Shown here piece by piece: positions 57,546-64,000 of a stretch of 64,000 nt of DNA; within the stretch, counting starts at the first letter, position 1; each line of letters begins with the position of its first letter. The notes beneath the pieces were generated by a model. That model did not search any database and was not told the DNA's origin. It worked only from the letters and a program-made list of their open reading frames with translations. Both the position numbers and the translations under genes were made by a program. The stretch is from Candidatus Poribacteria bacterium (GTDB lineage Bacteria; Poribacteria; WGA-4E; WGA-3G). The stretch covers positions 3,232,001 to 3,296,000 of the forward strand of contig OZ240248.1 in the NCBI GenBank assembly GCA_965198235.1, written 5' to 3'.

Positions 57546-59321
57546 CTAAGGAGTTGTTTGTGATCGTTGGTTGAGGGCAAGTATCGGAAAAACGGACGCA
57601 TAAATCGGATCGGCATAGCCACCGATGATCTCCCAATAAATGCCGACGCACTGTTCGGGCCATGAACCGTCTTCCCGCTGGTGTTTGAGTAGAAATGCTA
57701 CGCCCTGTTCAGCGGCGGACTTTTCTGGATTCGCAAGCAGGAGTGCATAGGTGCTCCAAGCTGTCTGTTCCACTGTGCTTTCAGTGGGATTCCCAAACAT
57801 ATCCTCACCCCATCCGCCATCCGCATTTTGGGTGTGTTCGAGCCATTCGACACCACGCTGGATTTCAGGGGTATTTCTCAGCCCCGCTTTGATGAGTGCT
57901 ATTATAGCGCAGGCGGTGCCATACGTATCTTTTGCTAACCAGAGGTCTCGCCAATACCCATCTCGATTAATTTGTTTGCGAAGCCAATGGATTCCAGCGT
58001 TCATCGCACTATGAACATTAGGTATATCAGGGATATCGCTCCGGTCAACGGCAAGCAGGGCTTCAATCGCATGTGCTGTGATGCTCACGCAACCGACATC
58101 TCCTTGACCCGGTTGATATGTGCTCCAACTTCCGTCGCGTCCTTGCTGTGTCTTTAACCATGCAATGCCGCGATGGACTGAACCATCTAATGTCTCTTGA
58201 TCGATAGGTGAACCCACAAGGAGTGAACGAATCAGGGCAAGGGTCCCGAGTGCAGTATCATCAGCGTCGCTTGGTAGGGGCGAGGTAACCTCGCCCCTAC
58301 AATCGCCTAATCCTGAAAACGCCCATCCTCCATCTTCATTTTGATGGTTGACGAGCCACTGCGCGGCATATTTTACTTTATCTGTAAGTTCATTGGTAGG
58401 AGGGAACTCCGATTCCCGACTTTTCACTTCATTGTGTGTAGCGGACACCTCTGTTAGGGCAATGATGCTCAACGCGGTGTCCCACACATTTAAGTTTAAT
58501 GCCTCTCGACATCCTCCATCACGATTTCGTGTCGTACGGAGCCAACCGATACCGTGTTCGATAAGTTCAGCGATCTCTTCATCTGCTTCCCACTTTTCCT
58601 GGAGTTCAATGAGTGCCAAAACAGAAAGGGCAGTGATGTAGTTCACTCGAAACCAACTGCCATCGCTGAGAATGTGCGTTTTCAACCATGCCGCGAGAGA
58701 GGTTATCATTTCAGGGCGTTTCGTTGTATTCAGTTCAATCATGATGAAGACAGGTACGAGTGTATGTTGTTCAGCAATGAAAAGGGCATCGAACATTGGG
58801 ATGTTGAAAAGAGCAACAGGCGGCAGACGATGTCTCGGCGGCTTCAATCGACTACCAAGTAGCGGAATCTTCGTCAGTTGTCTCGCGAGTTTCATGAGAG
58901 GTAGCGCATTTTCTGACAGCGTCAGTTCGTTCCAATCGAACTGATTGAAAGCGGCATAAGCCAATTTGACTAAGGCAAGGTGAGGTGCGGATTTCGGAAC
59001 GGATGCCAGCAGTTTTTGGAGAGACGGATCGGGTAAACGTTGATGGGTTTGCTCCAGTATTAAGTGAACAAATCGGGTCGCTTCTGTATTTGAGATATTT
59101 GCGGTATCTAATCCCCATCCGCCATCCTCGTTCTGATTTGCGATAAACCATTCGATCAGAGCCGGATCCGGGGTCTCGCCTCGGATAAGTTCAATCCACG
59201 CATACGCGCAGGTAGGGAAAGTACTTGAGGAGAGTTGTCCCTCAAAGTTTCCATCTTTACACTGTTGTTCAAGTAAAAAGGCGGTACCGCGTGCTAATGC
59301 GGATTTTACTTCCTCTTTCAT
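57546..59321 (-). CDS. squalene-hopene cyclase-like / prenyltransferase-squalene oxidase repeat protein
   Basis: Multiple QW motifs (QNEDGGW, QNADGGWGE), VWDTAL, DADDTA (DxDD). Confidence 0.8.
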   Translation of the reverse strand: MKEEVKSALARGTAFLLEQQCKDGNFEGQLSSSTFPTCAYAWIELIRGETPDPALIEWFIANQNEDGGWGLDTANISNTEATRFVHLILEQTHQRLPDPSLQKLLASVPKSAPHLALVKLAYAAFNQFDWNELTLSENALPLMKLARQLTKIPLLGSRLKPPRHRLPPVALFNIPMFDALFIAEQHTLVPVFIMIELNTTKRPEMITSLAAWLKTHILSDGSWFRVNYITALSVLALIELQEKWEADEEIAELIEHGIGWLRTTRNRDGGCREALNLNVWDTALSIIALTEVSATHNEVKSRESEFPPTNELTDKVKYAAQWLVNHQNEDGGWAFSGLGDCRGEVTSPLPSDADDTALGTLALIRSLLVGSPIDQETLDGSVHRGIAWLKTQQGRDGSWSTYQPGQGDVGCVSITAHAIEALLAVDRSDIPDIPNVHSAMNAGIHWLRKQINRDGYWRDLWLAKDTYGTACAIIALIKAGLRNTPEIQRGVEWLEHTQNADGGWGEDMFGNPTESTVEQTAWSTYALLLANPEKSAAEQGVAFLLKHQREDGSWPEQCVGIYWEIIGGYADPIYASVFPILALNQRSQTTP

Positions 59322-59371
59322 AATTCTGTTCTTTCTGTATCGGGGCGTGGTTTTATCACTACGGCTTAGAT

Positions 59372-59977
59372 TTATGCTAATGCATTTTTCAGCTGTCCTA
59401 CTGCTTCAATGGCATCTTCAAGTTCTTTTCTGTAGATGTTCGCAAAGGTTACATGACTGAGTTCGTTTAGGATAAATTTTCGCGCCCGTTCAATCTTGTC
59501 AACAACCCTTAAATCTAAAAGGAGGCGATCAGCTTTGTCCATTTCCATTTTTATCGGCAGCCAGAAGTCTTCACTTCTCAAGTCCCTCGGATTGTCGCGA
59601 TACTTAATAGCGAGATCCTTTTTCTCACAATATTGCTTGATTGCCGCGTCAAAAGCGGTGCGAACGTAAATTGCACAGGCTTTGTAGTCATTGGTATCAA
59701 GATATTCCCTTGCCTTTTCAAGATATGCCCTATCTTCTGCATAGACCGGGATTTTATATTCATCGGTTTTGGTAAAGATGTTCTGGTAATTTTCAAATTT
59801 GATTAAGTCATCTTCGCTGGATTCAAGGAAGGACTTTAGCGCGAAATACAGCGACGATTTTCCGCTGCCGTTTTCACCGTAAACCAATAGATTTTTTCCC
59901 GTCTTCGCCAGATCAATGTGATATACTCCTCGAAAAGCTCTGAAGTTTTGGATCTCTATTTTGGTAATTCTCACCAT
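59372..59977 (-). CDS. ABC/SMC-type ATPase fragment joined to a HEPN-like C-terminus; probably internally deleted
   Basis: IQNFRAF and Walker A GENGSGKSS, but no signature or Walker B; C-terminal ACAIYVR..F and RKFILNELSH. Confidence 0.6.
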   Translation of the reverse strand: MVRITKIEIQNFRAFRGVYHIDLAKTGKNLLVYGENGSGKSSLYFALKSFLESSEDDLIKFENYQNIFTKTDEYKIPVYAEDRAYLEKAREYLDTNDYKACAIYVRTAFDAAIKQYCEKKDLAIKYRDNPRDLRSEDFWLPIKMEMDKADRLLLDLRVVDKIERARKFILNELSHVTFANIYRKELEDAIEAVGQLKNALA

Positions 59978-62900
59978 TTATCCTCAATAATACGGATAGG
60001 TCTTAAACCATCCTGAAAAAACGTGTTTACGCGCACAGGATGTTCTCTATGATGTAAGTGTTCGTAGAGGGATCGGAACACAGACATTTTATCTCCCTGA
60101 ATCTCAGCCACCTCGGGCAGTTCCTCTGCCATTAAGTGTTTGAAGATATCTTTATCCGCACTCTGGAGCAGATCTGGCATATAGAACTCGTAAACCAATC
60201 CGTTGATTATCCACTCAAAATATTTGAGTACCATGAAGTCACGGGCGTGTGCCAATTCCTTGCTGTTTGTTGTCGGTTGTTTCTGGAGATATATAAGGTA
60301 ATCCACGAGTTTGCGAACAAGGTCCTTCTGTGTTGCATTGATATCGGGGACAGGAATCTGCTTGATATAGTTACTGCGTGCTTCAAGTTTACCGCCGTCT
60401 AATTGTTTGGACACCTGCGAATAGAACCACTCCACAGGGAGTGTATTGAGTAAACTGCATAACCATTTCTCGTCGGTCGGAATAACGTAGCAGGTGTATC
60501 CACAGTAAAAACCTTCAGTCTCAACGGCGAAAGTTTGGGTGTTATAGAGATTTGGACAGACCAATTTCGGTTGCGCGAAATGCTCCACTTCCTCAAGAGA
60601 TGCTTGGAGTTCATACCATTCGTGCGTGCCAGCTCTTTTGCTCAGAAGTTCTTTGTATTTTTCCAAATATTTCAGGATTGCAGGATAAGCGTTAATCTCT
60701 ATACCGCGGTGGGTAAAGATTAACCACTGATCTTGGGACTCTACCTGCCAGCGTCTGATATCCGGCCCCTGCAAAAACGGCTTCAAAATATCAGCGGATG
60801 AAGGGTGTTCTGCCACGAGTTGATCCCGCGTCTTTCTGTCCACTACAAACACTTCAGTGGGTACTGTTTCTATGCCGAAAGAGGGGGACACCTTGAGATA
60901 CTCACCCAAGGGTGGGCCAGCGTCTCGGAACCGCTGCAGCAGATCCAACACTTCCGGCGACTCAAAGGGCTTTCCATCAGGGGTTAAAGTTTTCTCCACT
61001 ATAGGGTAGCGATGCCTGAAACCTTGTCGGACGAGTGCGACGATGTCTTTTGGCAATTTAACCTGATGTTTCTGTTCAAAGGCGGCAACGTTCCTATAAT
61101 CGTTCCGAAATGCCGCGACGATATCCTCCCCCATATTTTTCGCAGTCATTAGGTCGGCTTTGGCACTCTCCCATTTTTTCAGGCATAACAACGCTTCCCC
61201 TCGATTGTAGTAAGCCTCGGCATAATCGGGTTTGAGTGCTATTACGTTAGTATAGTCTTCAATAGCCCTGTCAAGTTCATCTTTACCATTATAAACTGTC
61301 CCTCGATTGTAATAGGCCTCGGCATAATCGGGTTTGAGTGCTATCGCTTTTGTATAGTCTTCAATAGCTCTATTAAGTTCACCTTCACCATTATAAACTG
61401 TCCCTCGATTGTAATAGGCCTCGGCATAATCGGGTTTGAGTGCTATCGCTTTTGTATAGTCTTCTATGGCAAGTTCAACTTCACCTTTAAAGTTGTAAGC
61501 AGCACCGCGGTAGTAATACGCGTCGGCATGCTCTGAATTCTGTTCTATTGCTTTATTGAGGTTTTCAATAACTAAATCGTCAAAATTTCCCGTGAAGAGA
61601 TAAGCAAGGCCACGATAGTAATATGTGCCTGCATGCTCTGGATCCAACTCGACTACCCTACTAAGATCTTCAATAGCCTTGTCAAAATCCTTTTTAGTCA
61701 GATAAGCAATCCCACGGTGATAGTAGACTTCAGCATCATCCGGTTTCAGTTCTGTCGCCTTGGTAAAGTCCCCAATCGCTTCGTCAAAATTATCTTTAAT
61801 GGCCTTAGCATGCCCGCGGTCATAGTAGACTTCAGCAAAATCTGGTTTGAGTTCAAGTGCTGTACTATAGTCCGCAATTGCCTTATCAAGTTCATCTTTA
61901 TCTGCGTAAGCACGTCCACGCCCCCAATAGGCATACGCATCGTCAGGATTGAGTTTTATCTCCATGTCAAAATCATCAATGGCATTGTCAAAATCACCTA
62001 TTCTGCTGTAAGCAAGCCCTCGACTGTGATAGTCAACCACATTTGCATCCAGTTTTATGGCCTCGGTAAAGTCATCAATCGCTTTCTCAAAATCATCTGT
62101 GTGGTAGTAAACGGCACCGCGATAGTGATAGGCTTCAGCCATATCAGGCTTCAATCTTATCAAGGTGCTGAAGTCACTGATGCACCTATCAAAATCTCCT
62201 TTGTGATAGTAGACAAGTCCACGGTTGTGGTAGGCATCAGCAAAATCGCGGTTGATCTCTATCGCCCTGTTCAAATCTGCCATAGCCTTGTCAAAATCAC
62301 CCTTCAGTCGGCAAACAAACCCACGATCGTTATATGCCTTGGCATTGTCAGGTTGTCGCTTTATTACTGCGCTAAAGTCGTTGATAGCGTTTTCAAAATC
62401 GCCTTTGTCGCGATAAGCAACACCGCGGGCATAGTAAGCATCAGTAAATTCAGGGTTGAGTTCTATCGCTATAGTAAAGTCATTAATGGCCTTGTCGGAA
62501 TCGCCTGTGACAGCGTAAGCAACTCCACGTTGGTAATATGACTGGACAAACGCTGAAGTCAGTTTTAGTGACGTGTTATGGTTTTCAATAACTCGGATTG
62601 CTTCGTCCAAGTTAGCAATCGCCGCGTCAAAATCGCCTTTACGATTGTAAATAGTACCAAGCGCGTAATAAGCGAATTCATAATCTGGACTAAGGCGAAT
62701 TGCCTCTTTCAAGTTAGCAATAGCGTTGTCCAAATCGCCTTTGGAGTAATAAGCAAGTCCGAGAGCAATATATGGTTCGGCATTATCAGGCTGCAGTCTT
62801 ATTGCATGGGTACAGTCTTCAAGAGCATTTTCAAAATCGTCCTTCATACCGAAGGCACTCCCACGAATTCTATACGCTTCGGCATTATCGGGTTGTAGTT

Positions 62901-63999
62901 TTATCGCATAGGTACAGTCTTCAATAGTTTTATCCAAATTGCCTTTCATACCGTAAGCAAGCCCACGCAAACGATATACTTCAGCCGCCTTCGGCTCCAA
63001 CTCTATCACCTTGGTATAGTCTTTAATAGCTTTGTCAAATTCTTTTCTCAGTCCATGAGCGTTACCGCGATTGTAATAGGCATTTGCCGCGTTAGGGTTC
63101 CGTTGTATTGCCTCACTAAATTTATCAATGGCTTTGGAGTACTCGCCCTGATTGAGATACACATACCCAAGATTGCAATGAGCATCAGCCAGTTTTGGTT
63201 CCAATCCTATAGCACTTTTATAATCTTTAACAGCCGCATCAATCTCACCTTTGCGGAAGTAAGCCACACCCCGTTTGACATAGGCATCAGCATAACTTGG
63301 TTTATTTTGAGTCACTGTATTATAGTCTTTAATAGCCCGATCAATTTCGCCTTTCCCATAGTAAGATAGACCGCGATTGTAGTAAGCTTCGGTAAACTCT
63401 GGTTCCAATTCTATCGTTTTGGTGAAGTCTTCAATAGCTTGGTCATATTCCTCTTTGATACCATGTGCCAACCCGCGACTGTGATAGGTTTCAACGTTGT
63501 ACGCATCTAGTTGGGTCGTGGTAGTAAAGTCCGCAATAGCTAGACTATGCTCGCCTTTTCTATCGTGAGCCAGGCCCCGATTGTAGTAGGCTATCAGGTA
63601 ACTCGGCTTCAGGTTTATCGCAGTGGTGAAATCCTCAATTGCCTCGTCCACCTTGTCATTTCCGAAGTAGGCGTTGCCGCGGTTGTTATGTGCCTTGGCA
63701 TCATCTGGATTTAGTTTTATCACTCTGGTATAGTTCTCAATTGCCTGCTCATAGTCGTCTTCACTAACGTAAGCAGCACCGAGATTGTTATAGGCTTGGG
63801 GGCTATCGGGGTTCAGTCTTATTGCTCTATCATAATCTCGGATTGCACGATCAAATTCGCCACTTTGGTCGTAAGCTAGACCGCGATTGTGATAAGCAAA
63901 GGCAAAATCTGGTTGTAAGTTTATCGCTGTGTTATAGTCAGCAATCGCGAGATCAACCTCGCCTAATCGATGACGGGCAAGTCCACGATTGTAATAAAT
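59971..63999 (-). CDS. large TPR protein with C-terminal TaqI_C/type IIG RM specificity-like domain (5' end beyond window)
   Basis: Frame stays open from 63723 to the window end with further TPRs; more than 25 TPRs; then ILKPFLQGPDIRRW, YPAILKYL, WYELQ, PKLV, LLN, YIKQIPVP. Confidence 0.85.
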   Translation of the reverse strand: MYYNRGLARHRLGEVDLAIADYNTAINLQPDFAFAYHNRGLAYDQSGEFDRAIRDYDRAIRLNPDSPQAYNNLGAAYVSEDDYEQAIENYTRVIKLNPDDAKAHNNRGNAYFGNDKVDEAIEDFTTAINLKPSYLIAYYNRGLAHDRKGEHSLAIADFTTTTQLDAYNVETYHSRGLAHGIKEEYDQAIEDFTKTIELEPEFTEAYYNRGLSYYGKGEIDRAIKDYNTVTQNKPSYADAYVKRGVAYFRKGEIDAAVKDYKSAIGLEPKLADAHCNLGYVYLNQGEYSKAIDKFSEAIQRNPNAANAYYNRGNAHGLRKEFDKAIKDYTKVIELEPKAAEVYRLRGLAYGMKGNLDKTIEDCTYAIKLQPDNAEAYRIRGSAFGMKDDFENALEDCTHAIRLQPDNAEPYIALGLAYYSKGDLDNAIANLKEAIRLSPDYEFAYYALGTIYNRKGDFDAAIANLDEAIRVIENHNTSLKLTSAFVQSYYQRGVAYAVTGDSDKAINDFTIAIELNPEFTDAYYARGVAYRDKGDFENAINDFSAVIKRQPDNAKAYNDRGFVCRLKGDFDKAMADLNRAIEINRDFADAYHNRGLVYYHKGDFDRCISDFSTLIRLKPDMAEAYHYRGAVYYHTDDFEKAIDDFTEAIKLDANVVDYHSRGLAYSRIGDFDNAIDDFDMEIKLNPDDAYAYWGRGRAYADKDELDKAIADYSTALELKPDFAEVYYDRGHAKAIKDNFDEAIGDFTKATELKPDDAEVYYHRGIAYLTKKDFDKAIEDLSRVVELDPEHAGTYYYRGLAYLFTGNFDDLVIENLNKAIEQNSEHADAYYYRGAAYNFKGEVELAIEDYTKAIALKPDYAEAYYNRGTVYNGEGELNRAIEDYTKAIALKPDYAEAYYNRGTVYNGKDELDRAIEDYTNVIALKPDYAEAYYNRGEALLCLKKWESAKADLMTAKNMGEDIVAAFRNDYRNVAAFEQKHQVKLPKDIVALVRQGFRHRYPIVEKTLTPDGKPFESPEVLDLLQRFRDAGPPLGEYLKVSPSFGIETVPTEVFVVDRKTRDQLVAEHPSSADILKPFLQGPDIRRWQVESQDQWLIFTHRGIEINAYPAILKYLEKYKELLSKRAGTHEWYELQASLEEVEHFAQPKLVCPNLYNTQTFAVETEGFYCGYTCYVIPTDEKWLCSLLNTLPVEWFYSQVSKQLDGGKLEARSNYIKQIPVPDINATQKDLVRKLVDYLIYLQKQPTTNSKELAHARDFMVLKYFEWIINGLVYEFYMPDLLQSADKDIFKHLMAEELPEVAEIQGDKMSVFRSLYEHLHHREHPVRVNTFFQDGLRPIRIIEDKW
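61198..61490 (-). repeat. near-identical 102-bp tandem TPR repeats (about 3 copies)
   Basis: CCCTCGATTGTA.TA.GCCTCGGCATAATCGGGTTTGAGTGCTAT recurs with a 102-bp period. Confidence 0.85.
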
Positions 64000-64000
64000 T

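Noticed and set aside
57538-57663. Long N-terminus of the glycosyltransferase ORF
   Set aside because: Overlaps the cyclase gene end; ATG 57537 fits the family
61633-62541. 302-aa antisense ORF
   Set aside because: Antisense shadow of repetitive TPR codons

Overview
Bacterial genomic window, most likely Candidatus Poribacteria. This is an inference from the recurring C-terminal V-x-[PA]-x-x-[KR]-[LM]-x-x-T-W-[AG]-x-[IL]-K motif, duplicated Uma2 nucleases, PhyH, and ankyrin/TPR/HEAT/FG-GAP proteins. In order it contains: a CotH/DUF4956 pair; a two-domain multicopper oxidase plus Fe3+ ABC transporter unit with a consensus promoter and Fur-box-like site; dppBC; Uma2 paralogs; a GH129-like hydrolase; a Swt1-like HEPN / HEPN / two BolA-like gene cassette; tRNA-Asn; PhyH; a TPP enzyme; an ankyrin-metzincin; gmhA; an actP-like symporter; a type II secretion-like operon (E,F,G,H,I,J,K, PilM-PilN-like fusion, M/PilO-like, D); secreted proteins; a triterpene-cyclase-like gene; and a large TPR protein fused to a type IIG restriction-modification specificity domain next to an apparently internally deleted ABC ATPase. 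The most unusual signals are (1) one inverted-repeat element family found at five gene junctions of the secretion operon, with ends abutting stop and start codons; (2) REP-like palindromes and heptamer arrays read in-frame inside proteins, one immediately before a catalytic DxDD motif; (3) the HEPN plus BolA-like cassette; (4) a shared C-terminal motif on four signal-peptide proteins. All calls are from reading motifs by eye; no database searches were run.
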